Source of the DNA: Dehalococcoidia bacterium
GTDB lineage: Bacteria; Chloroflexota; Dehalococcoidia; UBA6926
Assembly: GCA_963666115.2 (NCBI GenBank)
Contig: CAXXET010000004.1
Coordinates: forward strand, 472,712 to 536,711
DNA length: 64,000 nucleotides
Reading direction: 5' to 3'
In this document: piece by piece, positions 27,951 through 37,017 of the stretch
How positions within the stretch are numbered: the first letter of the stretch is position 1
Layout of the letters: the number at the start of each line of letters is the position of its first letter
Notes under the pieces: generated by a model
Database searches by the model: none
What the model saw: the letters and a program-made list of their open reading frames with translations, nothing else
Told to the model about the DNA's origin: nothing
Position numbers and translations under genes: made by a program

Positions 27951-29129
27951 TCACAACAGCGTCAGGTGGTCGCGGTGGATCATTTCTTCGCCGTGGTAGG
28001 CGGCGGTGTTGGCGTTGTCTTCAGACTGGAAGAATTGGCGGACCTCTGCGTTGTGGAGGCCGGCGAGGCGGCGCATGAGGTCTGCGGGATAGGAGACCGC
28101 GCCACGCGCGACGCTCGTGTCATCGGGGGCGACGATTTCGACGATGTCTCCTGTGGTGAAATCGCCGCGCACCTCCCGCACGCCGACAGCGAGGAGGCTC
28201 GACGTGCCCCGCCGCAGCGCCTTTGCGGCGCCCTCATCCACGACGACCTGTCCGCGCACGAAGAGGGGGCCGAGGGAACGCCTGCGGGCAGACGGACGCC
28301 GCCGTCCCCATGCCGCAAACCGCGTCCCGATCTCCTCGCCGCGCACGATTCGCAGCAGCGCATCCGGGGCATGGCCGTTCGCAATCACCACCGACGTGCC
28401 CCAGGACGTGGCCTCCGCCGCCGCCCGTACCTTTGACGCCATGCCGCCGCGCCCCTGTTCACCCGGCATCTCGGCGGCCATGGCCAGCGTCTCGTCCGTC
28501 ACGCGGTCGACGTGATGAATGAGCGCCGCGTTGGGGTTGCTGCGGGGATCACTGTCGTAGAGGCCGTCGCGATCCGTGAGGAGAACGAGCATATCCGCCG
28601 CCATGAGATTCGTGAGGGCGGCTGAAAGGGTGTCGTTGTCGCCGAGCGTTTCGCTCAGTTCCTCCGAGGCGACGACGTCGTTCTCATTGATGATGGGAAT
28701 CACGCCGAATCCCAGCAGCTCACGCAGGGTGCGGCGAATATTGACGGCGGAACGGCCGGCGGTGAAGTCTGCGCGGGTAATAAGAGCCTGGCCGACGATG
28801 AGCCCCTGATCCGCGAATGCAGCCTCCCACGAACGCATGAGGCGGTGCTGGCCAATCGCCGCGAGGGCCTGCAGCGTCGCGACGCCCCGTCCCCTGCCCT
28901 CCAGGCCGATGATGCTGCGTCCAAGGGCGACTGCCGCAGACGTGACAACGATCACCTGCGATTGGGCGGCCACGATGTCCGCGACCTGTTTCGCGATGGA
29001 CGCGATCAGGCCTTCATCAAGTTGATCGCCGCCCCCGGTCAGCACGCCGGTGCCGAGCTTGGCGATGATCAACCGGTTGCGCGGCAGCGCCGCGTTCTGA
29101 TGCGTGTCTGATTCGGTGTGATTGGCCAC
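27951..29129 (-). CDS. proB: Glutamate 5-kinase
   Basis: AKLGTGVL, PIINEND, GDNDTLSA, GGMASK, PUA domain. Confidence 0.95.
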   Translation of the reverse strand: MANHTESDTHQNAALPRNRLIIAKLGTGVLTGGGDQLDEGLIASIAKQVADIVAAQSQVIVVTSAAVALGRSIIGLEGRGRGVATLQALAAIGQHRLMRSWEAAFADQGLIVGQALITRADFTAGRSAVNIRRTLRELLGFGVIPIINENDVVASEELSETLGDNDTLSAALTNLMAADMLVLLTDRDGLYDSDPRSNPNAALIHHVDRVTDETLAMAAEMPGEQGRGGMASKVRAAAEATSWGTSVVIANGHAPDALLRIVRGEEIGTRFAAWGRRRPSARRRSLGPLFVRGQVVVDEGAAKALRRGTSSLLAVGVREVRGDFTTGDIVEIVAPDDTSVARGAVSYPADLMRRLAGLHNAEVRQFFQSEDNANTAAYHGEEMIHRDHLTLL

Positions 29130-29179
29130 GGTGTTACAAGTATATCGCCGCGATACGCGCGGTCACTGCTACAATCGGC

Positions 29180-30445
29180 TTGCCGCCGGATGACGGCGGC
29201 GATTTGAGCGCCGGGCAGGTGAGCGCCATTCGCGTCACGAGACTCTCATTGACCCATTTCCGGAATTACGCCGCGCAGGACTTTGCGCCGGCGGACGGCG
29301 TGACGCTGTTGACGGGCAGCAACGGGCAGGGCAAGACGAACCTTCTCGAATCGCTGTTCATTCTCGCAACCGGCCATTCCCACCGCGCCGACACGGACCG
29401 GGAGGTCATCGGCTGGAGCGCGGCGCGGGAGCCGATACCGTACTCCCGCATCGCAGCGGACGTGACGGCGGGCGACGGCTCGGAGCGAAAGCTGGAACTC
29501 GTCATGCAGTTGGCGCCGCGGGGGCAAGGAGGCGAGCCCACCGCCCCTGCCGAGAGAACGATTGGCCCATCAGGGCTGAGGGGGGGCACGCTGCAGAAGG
29601 GCTACAAGGTCAACGGCGTTCGGCAGCGTTCGGCGAGCAGCGTCGGCGACCTGGCGGTCGTTCTTGCAGGGCCGGAGGAGGTCGATCTTTTCGCAGGCCC
29701 TCCGGCTGAACGACGCCGCGCGCTTGATTCAACGGCGGTTCAGACGGACGCGGAGTACGCGCAGACGCTCAGGAGATACGATCGCCTCGTCACCCAGCGC
29801 AATGCGGCGCTTCGGGAGGCCCGTGAGCGCGGCGCGGCGCAGAGGACCGAGGAAATGCGGCTCTGGGAGCAGGAGCTGATCCGCGCGGGCGCGTTCCTCC
29901 TCGGCCATCGGACGGCGATGATCGACGTCTTGCAGCGCGAGATGCTAACCGCGCACGCCGAGTTCACGGGCCGCGCCGGCCACCTTGCGCTTGAGTACCG
30001 TTCAACGGTCGCTGTTGGCGAGAGCGCCGGAGCATCACATGACCTGCAGCAGGGATTCGCCGATGCTTTGGAGGGCGCGTGGGCCCGCGATTCAGCCACG
30101 GCTACGACATCTGTTGGGCCGCACCGCGACGATCTGCGAGTTGTATCCGGCGATATTGACCTTGGCGTGTACGGCTCTCGCGGGCAGCAGCGGACGGCCG
30201 CCCTTGCGCTGGTCATCGCGCAATCGGCGTATGTCGGCCAACGGCTTGGCGATGAACCGGTCATCCTGCTGGACGATCCGCTATCGGAGCTCGATGCCGA
30301 CCGCCGCGAGCGCGTCCTGCGCCACTGCCTGGCGCCGGGCCGCCAGGTTCTGATCACGACCGCTGATCCGGAACTTATCCCCGCAGACATCCGCGCTCAG
30401 GCCGCCACGTTTGCCGTGCGCGGCGGAACTGTGACGCCCAGCTAA
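29180..30445 (+). CDS. recF: DNA replication/repair protein RecF
   Basis: FRNY, GSNGQGKTNLLES, GPHRDDL, SRGQQR, LLDDPLSELD; start uncertain. Confidence 0.93.
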   Translation: MPPDDGGDLSAGQVSAIRVTRLSLTHFRNYAAQDFAPADGVTLLTGSNGQGKTNLLESLFILATGHSHRADTDREVIGWSAAREPIPYSRIAADVTAGDGSERKLELVMQLAPRGQGGEPTAPAERTIGPSGLRGGTLQKGYKVNGVRQRSASSVGDLAVVLAGPEEVDLFAGPPAERRRALDSTAVQTDAEYAQTLRRYDRLVTQRNAALREARERGAAQRTEEMRLWEQELIRAGAFLLGHRTAMIDVLQREMLTAHAEFTGRAGHLALEYRSTVAVGESAGASHDLQQGFADALEGAWARDSATATTSVGPHRDDLRVVSGDIDLGVYGSRGQQRTAALALVIAQSAYVGQRLGDEPVILLDDPLSELDADRRERVLRHCLAPGRQVLITTADPELIPADIRAQAATFAVRGGTVTPS

Positions 30446-30488
30446 TGGTATTGCGTTAGGATGGAGAGGCGGCATGTGGAGGGGCGCT

Positions 30489-30761
30489 ATGACAACGCAA
30501 GATGAACTGTTGGAGCGAATCGGCTTCAATCCGGACATACTGGGCGGCAAGCCAATCATTCGAGGAATGCGCATCGCCGTTGAGCACGTTCTCGGCCTTC
30601 TTGCGGCCGGCATGTCCCCGGACGACATTCTTCGAGACTATGAAATCCTGGAACCGGAGGACATTCAGGCCTGCCTGGTGTACGCCCACCGCTCACTCAA
30701 GGGTGAGCAGGTTTTCGCGCTCATCAAAGCCGCAGACCCCGCGAAACAGCCAATAGCGTAG
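30489..30761 (+). CDS. DUF433 antitoxin-like protein
   Basis: NPDILGGKPIIRGMRI, EDIQACLVYA. Confidence 0.88.
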   Translation: MTTQDELLERIGFNPDILGGKPIIRGMRIAVEHVLGLLAAGMSPDDILRDYEILEPEDIQACLVYAHRSLKGEQVFALIKAADPAKQPIA

Positions 30762-30765
30762 CAAC

Positions 30766-31122
30766 GTGCGCTTTCTCCTTGACGCCTCAACGTCTGCCCG
30801 ACTATTGCGTCCTCTACTCGAGGGCCTTGGGCACGACGTGAAAGCCGTAGTGGATTTCGACCGTCACGCGCAGGACGAGCATATCCTGGAGATTGCGGTA
30901 GCCGAAGACCGCATCCTCATCACCCTGGACAAAGATTTCGGCGATCTGGTCTTTGCCCGTGGGTTCGATCATCGGGGCATCGTTCGGCTTTTCGACGGGG
31001 ACGCGGAGCAACAGGCAAGCGCGATGGCGCGGCTGCTGGAAGAATCCGCAGATGTACTCCATAGACGGGCCATGGTTGTCATTGACCCTGACAGAGTGCG
31101 GATAGGACGAACCGGCGCCTAG
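30766..31122 (+). CDS. DUF5615/VapC45-like PIN toxin
   Basis: MRFLLD, GHDV, DEHIL, RILITLDKDFGDL. Confidence 0.85.
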   Translation: MRFLLDASTSARLLRPLLEGLGHDVKAVVDFDRHAQDEHILEIAVAEDRILITLDKDFGDLVFARGFDHRGIVRLFDGDAEQQASAMARLLEESADVLHRRAMVVIDPDRVRIGRTGA

Positions 31123-31234
31123 CGTGATGGCCGGACTTGCGCACAAACTTGACCTTTTGCCCCGTTCGGCGTAGCGTCCACTCTATACGTGGGCGGCGCT
31201 GCTGAAACGCTGCGCGGCCGATTGGAGGAACGTC

Positions 31235-32083
31235 ATGACGAGGATCGTCAGTATTGAAGAGGCGGGAAATCGATTCAGGGACGGGATGCTCATCGCCACC
31301 ACGGGCGGCAATGACCGCTCCTCGATGGCGCTGACGCGGGAAATCGTGCGGCGGGGCATCAAGGATCTCACCCTCGTTTTCACACCTGCGGGCGGTCTCC
31401 AGGGCGACATGCTCATCGGCGCGGGCGCCGTCACGGCCATCGACACCGGCTCCCTCACCTTCGGCGAGCGCGGCTTTGCGCCGAACTACCGCCGTGTTGC
31501 CAAAGAGGGAGGCATCGCCGCGCTGGACAGCACCTGACCCGTCACGCTCACAGGGCTCCAGGCTGGAGCCAACGGCGTGCCGTTCATCCCGTCCCGCGGC
31601 GTGATCGGCACCGATCTGGTCAACCTCCATCCCAACTGGAAGATCATCGAAGACCCCTACAACGAGGGCCATGACATCCTGCTGGTTCCGGCTATCCGCC
31701 CGGACATCGCCATGATCCACGCCTTCAAGGCGGACCGGAACGGCAACGTCCTTGCGCCGAGCCACGAGGATCGCATGGTTGCGCAGGCAAGTGACAAGGT
31801 GCTCGTGACCGTCGAGGAGATCGTCGACTATGACCTCTCCGAAGACCCGCGCGGCGGCTTCCTGGTTCCGTGGCCGTTCGTCAGCCTCGTCGTCCACGCG
31901 CCACAGGGGTCCCACCCCGGCGGCATGCAGCCGTACTACGAGGCGGACAACGAGCACTTCGACCGGTACATGGAGGCGTCCAGAACTGCAGACGGGTTCA
32001 ACGCGTACCTCGACGAGTTCGTGCGCCGGCACACCGAGGACGAATACCGCGAGATGGCGGCGCGCGTCGCCGTGCCTGCCTAA
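31235..32083 (+). CDS. Family I (glutaconate-type) CoA-transferase subunit A with in-frame UGA at 31535-31537, putative selenocysteine
   Basis: ORFs 31235-31537 and 31577-32083 are one frame: ...APNYRR...ALDST*PVTLTGLQAGANGVPFIPSRG...DPY...VPAIRPD...ADRNGN; hairpin right after the UGA. Confidence 0.8.
31538..31575 (+). promoter_or_regulatory. Putative bacterial SECIS element
   Basis: GGCTCCA(31554-60)-GGC-TGGAGCC(31564-70); G-starting loop 23 nt after the UGA; lower pairing CCGT/ACGG. Confidence 0.6.
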
Positions 32084-32110
32084 GCAGACGGACAGAGCCG
32101 CACAAACTCG

Positions 32111-32854
32111 ATGCCGTTTCAGTCGGACGACTACACCATCGGCGAGTTGATGGCCACCCGCATCGCGCGGGAGGTTCGAGACGACACATACGTTAGCTCC
32201 GGCGCGGCATCGCCCGTGCCGATGGCGGGTGTTCTCCTGGCGCAGGAGACGCACGCCCCGGACATGATTTACGTCCCCATTGGCGCGTCTAACCCTGAAC
32301 TCAACCTCATCAGCGGAAAGGAAGTCTTTGACCTCGCCCAGCGTGGCAGGCTGGACATCTTCTTTCTCGGCGGAGCGCAGATTGACGGCCACGGCAACAT
32401 CAACCTGACCACCATCGGCGACCATGACAGGCCGGACGTGCGCCTCCCGGGCGCGGCGGGCTCCGGGATGCTCTACTTCATGACGAATCGCATCATCCTG
32501 TTCCGCCTGGAGCACACGCCGCGCGTCTTCGTGGAGAACGTGGACTTCATCACGTCCGCCGGCTCCAGCGGGGAACGAATTGAGCGCCCCGGCGGCCCTC
32601 ATATGCTCATCACCAACATCTGCGTGATGATGTACCAGAGTGATGACAAGAAGTTCCGGCTTGAGTCCGTCCACCCCGGCGTCACCGTCGATGAGGTGAA
32701 GGACAACACCGGGTTCGAGTTTCTCATTCCCGACGACGTGCCGGTGACAACTGTTCCGACGCCGGAGCAGCTTGGGCTGCTCCGCGGCTCCATCAAGGAC
32801 CGCGTCGGCGGCGAGTATCCGGGCTTCGTCGCGTCAGGGGGATTTGGCGGATAA
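32111..32854 (+). CDS. Family I CoA-transferase subunit B
   Basis: DIFFLGGAQIDGHGNINL, RLPGAAGS, VDFITS, SVHPGVT...NTGF. Confidence 0.88.
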   Translation: MPFQSDDYTIGELMATRIAREVRDDTYVSSGAASPVPMAGVLLAQETHAPDMIYVPIGASNPELNLISGKEVFDLAQRGRLDIFFLGGAQIDGHGNINLTTIGDHDRPDVRLPGAAGSGMLYFMTNRIILFRLEHTPRVFVENVDFITSAGSSGERIERPGGPHMLITNICVMMYQSDDKKFRLESVHPGVTVDEVKDNTGFEFLIPDDVPVTTVPTPEQLGLLRGSIKDRVGGEYPGFVASGGFGG

Positions 32855-32936
32855 AGTCCCTCAAAAATGCTTGACGCTCAGCGCGGGCAGGACAACAATG
32901 GTTCATGGACGCTGAGCGATCCACAGGGGTTTACGT

Positions 32937-32970
32937 CAAGGGCACGTTTGCGCGTGCCCTTGTGCTTTTT
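32937..32970 (+). terminator. Intrinsic terminator or attenuator upstream of guaB
   Basis: CAAGGGCACG-TTTGCG-CGTGCCCTTG followed by TGCTTTTT. Confidence 0.65.
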
Positions 32971-33038
32971 GCGGCACACGGGGCAGGGCTGAACGGCGCC
33001 GCGTTGCGGCGCCGCGTCGTTTAAGGGGGTAGGTCGAA

Positions 33039-34229
33039 ATGATCGCAACGGAAATCGCCGAGCGGGGAATGGGCCTGGGCTTTGAAGACGAAGCGCCGGA
33101 ATTCAAGCCGTTGCGGCGCGCATACGGGTTTGAAGAGGTAGCCATCGTCCCGGGGCAGGTCACCGTCAACCCGGAGCAAACGGATATCAGGCTCTCGATG
33201 GGAGACCGCATTTTCGAGCTGCCGATACTCGCAGCAGCGATGGACGGCGTGGTTGACCCCGCCTTTGCTGCCACGTACTCCCGCCTGGGCGGGCTTGCCG
33301 TGCTGAACCTGGAGGGCGTTCACGGGCGCTACCCCAACCCCGAGGAGGTTCTGCAAGAGGTAGTCGAAGCCCCCGCCGACTCCGTTACGGCCACCCTCCA
33401 GCGCATCTACTCCGCCCCGCTCAGGGAAGAATACGTCGGCATGACCATCGAGAAGATGAAGGCGCTCGGCGCGACCGTTGCCGTTGCCGCCACCCCTGCC
33501 AACACCAAGCAATTCGTCGGCGCCGTCGTTGAGGCTGGGGCGGACTATTACGTCTGCCAATCCACGGTCACGACCGCGCGGCATATCTCGTCCAGCCCGG
33601 TTGGGCTGCATTTCGACGATCTCGTGGGCCGCATTCATATCCCCGTCATCGTCGGCAACGTCGTCGGTTATCACCAGACGATGGAGCTGCTGCACACCGG
33701 CGTCGCCGGCGTCCTGGTCGGCGTCGGCCCGGGCGCGGCCTGCACCAGCCGCGAGGTTCTTGGCATCGGCGTGCCGCAGGTCACGGCGACCATTGAGACC
33801 GCCGCCGCGCGCGACGAATACCACCGCCGCACGGGACGCTACGTTCCGATCATCACCGACGGCGGCATTCGCTCAGGCGGCGATCTATGCAAGGCGCTTG
33901 TGGCGGGCGCGGACGCCGTGATGCTTGGTTCCATCTTCGCCTCGGCGGAAGAGGCGCCGGGCAAGGGCTATCACTGGGGAATGGCGACGCCGCACCCCGC
34001 CCTGCCGCGCGGCACACGGGTGCGCGTGGGCGTCCGGGCAACGCTGAACCGACTCCTCTTTGGCCCGACGGACCGCACGGACGGCACGGAGAACCTCGTC
34101 GGCGCAATCCACACCGCTATGGGCATGTGCGGCGCGGAGACCATCCGCGAACTGCAACAGGCGGAGATGATTGTCGCCCCCGCCATCAAGACGGAGGGCA
34201 AGCAGCTACAGATGGCAGGCCAGGTGTAG
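33039..34229 (+). CDS. guaB: GuaB3-family IMP dehydrogenase
   Basis: AYGFEEVAIVP, AAMDGVV, GVGPGAACTSREVLGIGVPQ, HWGMATP. Confidence 0.9.
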   Translation: MIATEIAERGMGLGFEDEAPEFKPLRRAYGFEEVAIVPGQVTVNPEQTDIRLSMGDRIFELPILAAAMDGVVDPAFAATYSRLGGLAVLNLEGVHGRYPNPEEVLQEVVEAPADSVTATLQRIYSAPLREEYVGMTIEKMKALGATVAVAATPANTKQFVGAVVEAGADYYVCQSTVTTARHISSSPVGLHFDDLVGRIHIPVIVGNVVGYHQTMELLHTGVAGVLVGVGPGAACTSREVLGIGVPQVTATIETAAARDEYHRRTGRYVPIITDGGIRSGGDLCKALVAGADAVMLGSIFASAEEAPGKGYHWGMATPHPALPRGTRVRVGVRATLNRLLFGPTDRTDGTENLVGAIHTAMGMCGAETIRELQQAEMIVAPAIKTEGKQLQMAGQV

Positions 34230-34234
34230 GTGGA

Positions 34235-34260
34235 GATTCCCGCTTTCGCGGGAATGACGG
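34235..34260. repeat. Short palindromic repeat, copy 3, between 21-bp direct repeats
   Basis: GATTCCCGCTTTCGCGGGAATGACGG; flanks 34213-34233 and 34267-34287. Confidence 0.8.
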
Positions 34261-34291
34261 GTTGGCTGGCGGGCCAGGTGTAGGCGGGCTT

Positions 34292-34783
34292 TTACTCGAC
34301 TGCGTTGACGGTGAAGCCCAGCTTGCCGGCGGGGATGTCGATCTCGAAGGTATCGCCCTTCTTCTTGCCGATCAGCGCGCCGCCGACGGGCGACTCATTG
34401 GAGATGCGGCCGCGCGCGGCGTCCGCCTCCGCCCGGCCAACGATGGTCCAGCGCTCCTCCTGGCCGTCGGAATCGACAACCACCACGGTTGAGCCGACGC
34501 GAACCTGGCCGTCATCCTGATCACCCTGATCCTCGATGATGACGGCCCGCCGCACGTTGTCTTCAAGCTGGCGGATGCGCCCCTCGAGAAAGGCCTGCTC
34601 ATTCTTTGCGGCGTCGTACTGCGCGCTGTCTGTGATGTCGCCAAGCTCCTTGGCGCGCTGGATCATCTCCGCAACCTCGGGCCGGCGAATGGTGCGGAGC
34701 TCTTCAAGCTCCTCCTTCATCCGCTCCAGTCCCTCGGCGCTGATATACACGCTGTTGTCTGTCGATGCGCTGTCAGTAGTCAT
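34292..34783 (-). CDS. greA: Transcription elongation factor GreA
   Basis: AKELGDITDSAQYDAAKNEQAFLEGRI, ISNESPVG. Confidence 0.93.
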   Translation of the reverse strand: MTTDSASTDNSVYISAEGLERMKEELEELRTIRRPEVAEMIQRAKELGDITDSAQYDAAKNEQAFLEGRIRQLEDNVRRAVIIEDQGDQDDGQVRVGSTVVVVDSDGQEERWTIVGRAEADAARGRISNESPVGGALIGKKKGDTFEIDIPAGKLGFTVNAVE

Positions 34784-34819
34784 ATCAAACTCCATTCTGA
34801 GAGTTGGCTATACAGTGTA

Positions 34820-36142
34820 CTAGTCTTCAAGCTGTCCTGCCAGAGAGTTGAGCACGATTCCAGTGGCAACCTTCGGGAAGAAGTAGGTTGACTTGGGCGG
34901 CAGGCGCTCGCCGGCCTCCGCCGCCTCTGTCATATCCGCCATGCTCACCGCCTGCAGGAGAAAGCCGGCGTCACAGCCGCCCGCGCGAACGACGCGTATG
35001 CCCTCCGCAGCGTCACGCGGGTAGGACAGCCAACCGCGATCCTCCGCCTCATGCTGGTCTGCGCCCACCCCGTGCGTGAGCAGCACGTCCAGGAAAACAC
35101 AGGGGCCAAGCCGTCCCCACGCCTCCGATTCTCCCGACAGCAGCCCCTCGAAGATGCCGGGCTCCAGGGGGCGGAGCAGTTTGAGGACATCGCCGGGCGG
35201 CTCAAGCAGCGCCATGATCGGCGCATCGTCCGCCTCGATTGCCGACGCGAATCTCTCAGCCGCTGCGGCATCGGACAGGCCGGCGATGGTGATTTTTTCC
35301 GCGCTGAAATACGTTTCCACCTGCCGCATCAGCCGCGACCGGGCATCGTCCGGCAGCCCCTGGACCAGACGATGGTAGGGAAGGCTGACCAGGCCCGGGT
35401 CATCGAGGGACGTCAGCGCGGCCAGGATGTACGCGGCGGCGTCCTCGCCGTCCTCCGCCCCGCCGGGCTGCCGGCCACGGTACGTTAGCGCCGTCTCATA
35501 GCGGTGATGGCCGTCCGCGACGAACAGGGGGCCGGACACTCCAAGCCTGATTCCCCCAACCTCTCCCGGGTCAGACACGTGCCAGATGTCATACTCGTCC
35601 CCGGCAAGGTCTGTGAACGACGTGTCCGGCGGGCGCGACGATATGGCCCGGAGCAGCATTCGAACCGCGCCGCCATCGTCCTCATACAACGCCATGATTG
35701 GGCTGATGTTTGCGTGAAGCGCATCCATCAGCATGAGGCGGTCGCGCTTGGCGGCCTCATGCGTGTGCTCATGCGGCAGCGCGGAGCCGTGCTCCCATTG
35801 CGCCAACCGGACCGCGCCCAGGATTTCGAAGCGACGGGTCTTTGCGCCGCCGAGCGTGAACGTGTGGCGAACCAGATAGAAATGCGCAGTCTCATCGCGC
35901 TGTAGGAATCCGCTTGCCGTCCACTCATTCCACGTCCTGCTCGCCGAACCGTACGGATCGGCCGGGTCCACGGCGGACGGCAGTTCGAGCCGGATGACGT
36001 TGTGCGGGCTGGCGTCAAGCAGGCGTTCGACGTCAGACGGGGCGATGACGTCATAGGGCGGCGCGGCAAGAGCGTCCAGCCCCCCCGCGCGGGTTGTATC
36101 GTAGCGCCAGCCGCGAAAAGGACGAAAGAGAGCTCCTGCCAC
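34820..36142 (-). CDS. DUF1015 family protein
   Basis: PFRGWRY, APPYDVI, PHEHT, ADGHHRYET, PPKSTYFFPK. Confidence 0.88.
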   Translation of the reverse strand: MAGALFRPFRGWRYDTTRAGGLDALAAPPYDVIAPSDVERLLDASPHNVIRLELPSAVDPADPYGSASRTWNEWTASGFLQRDETAHFYLVRHTFTLGGAKTRRFEILGAVRLAQWEHGSALPHEHTHEAAKRDRLMLMDALHANISPIMALYEDDGGAVRMLLRAISSRPPDTSFTDLAGDEYDIWHVSDPGEVGGIRLGVSGPLFVADGHHRYETALTYRGRQPGGAEDGEDAAAYILAALTSLDDPGLVSLPYHRLVQGLPDDARSRLMRQVETYFSAEKITIAGLSDAAAAERFASAIEADDAPIMALLEPPGDVLKLLRPLEPGIFEGLLSGESEAWGRLGPCVFLDVLLTHGVGADQHEAEDRGWLSYPRDAAEGIRVVRAGGCDAGFLLQAVSMADMTEAAEAGERLPPKSTYFFPKVATGIVLNSLAGQLED

Positions 36143-36143
36143 C

Positions 36144-36971
36144 CTATGTCGCCTCCAGGATGCCGCCGGAGACCTCATCCTGCCCCTTTGCCCGCAGCAC
36201 CGCCGACACAAGTTCCGGCAGGGCCTCTCCGGTCGGAGCGCGGACGACGATGTCGCACGCCTCCGTGAGAGCCGTCTCTTCCGGGTTGATCTCAATGAGC
36301 GTCGCGCCGTTCAGCCGCCGCGCCACTTCCGGGAGGGCGGCGGCGGGGTACACGACCGCCGACGTGCCCAGGATCAGGACGCAGTCGCTCAGCGCGGCCT
36401 CCTCCTGGCAGCGCCGGAGAACGTCCGGCGGGATCGGCTCACCGAACATGACCGTGTCCGTCTTGAGGAAACCTTCACAATCCGAGTCCGGGCACCGGGG
36501 CGGCAGCCTATCCAGCGGAATCTCCTCACGTGTATAGCGTTTCACGCACTCAATGCAGCGGATCAACGTGTGGTTGCCGTGGATCTCGGAGATGTTCTCG
36601 CTGCCGGCGGCGCGGTGGAGGTTGTCGACGTTCTGCGTCACAAGGTGGCGCAGCGCGCCCATGCGCTCCAGGTCGACCAGCGCGTAATGGCCGGGATTCG
36701 GCTGGGCAGACTCCAGCGCCTCGCGCATTTCCGGCATCTGGTTGTCGTTCAGCCGCTCCTCCCACCACTGCTGCGGGTCCCGGAGGAACCGTTGATAGCC
36801 GAGGTTGTCCGGCTCGCCGTACTTCTTCCAGAGGCCGCCGGGGCCGCGAAACGTCGGGATGCCGCTCTCGGCGGACATGCCCGCGCCGGCAAGCGCGGTA
36901 ACGTACGTGGCCTCCACAATGGTCTGCGCGGCGTCCTCCAGGGCGGCTCGCACCGAGTCAGAAAGCGTCAT
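36144..36971 (-). CDS. cobB: NAD-dependent protein deacylase (sirtuin)
   Basis: GAGMSAESGIPTFRG, TQNVDNLH, EIHG, Zn-binding Cys pairs, GTSAVVYPAA. Confidence 0.92.
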   Translation of the reverse strand: MTLSDSVRAALEDAAQTIVEATYVTALAGAGMSAESGIPTFRGPGGLWKKYGEPDNLGYQRFLRDPQQWWEERLNDNQMPEMREALESAQPNPGHYALVDLERMGALRHLVTQNVDNLHRAAGSENISEIHGNHTLIRCIECVKRYTREEIPLDRLPPRCPDSDCEGFLKTDTVMFGEPIPPDVLRRCQEEAALSDCVLILGTSAVVYPAAALPEVARRLNGATLIEINPEETALTEACDIVVRAPTGEALPELVSAVLRAKGQDEVSGGILEAT

Positions 36972-37017
36972 GTGATCACACCGTTCTCTTGGGGGCTGTC
37001 CAGTGATTATAGGCGTG

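Noticed and set aside
30489-31122. DUF433/PIN pair as a novel system
   Set aside because: Common, well-described type II TA-like arrangement
36144-36971. Sirtuin as a defence (Thoeris/DSR-type) effector
   Set aside because: Canonical single-domain CobB with Zn motif in a housekeeping context
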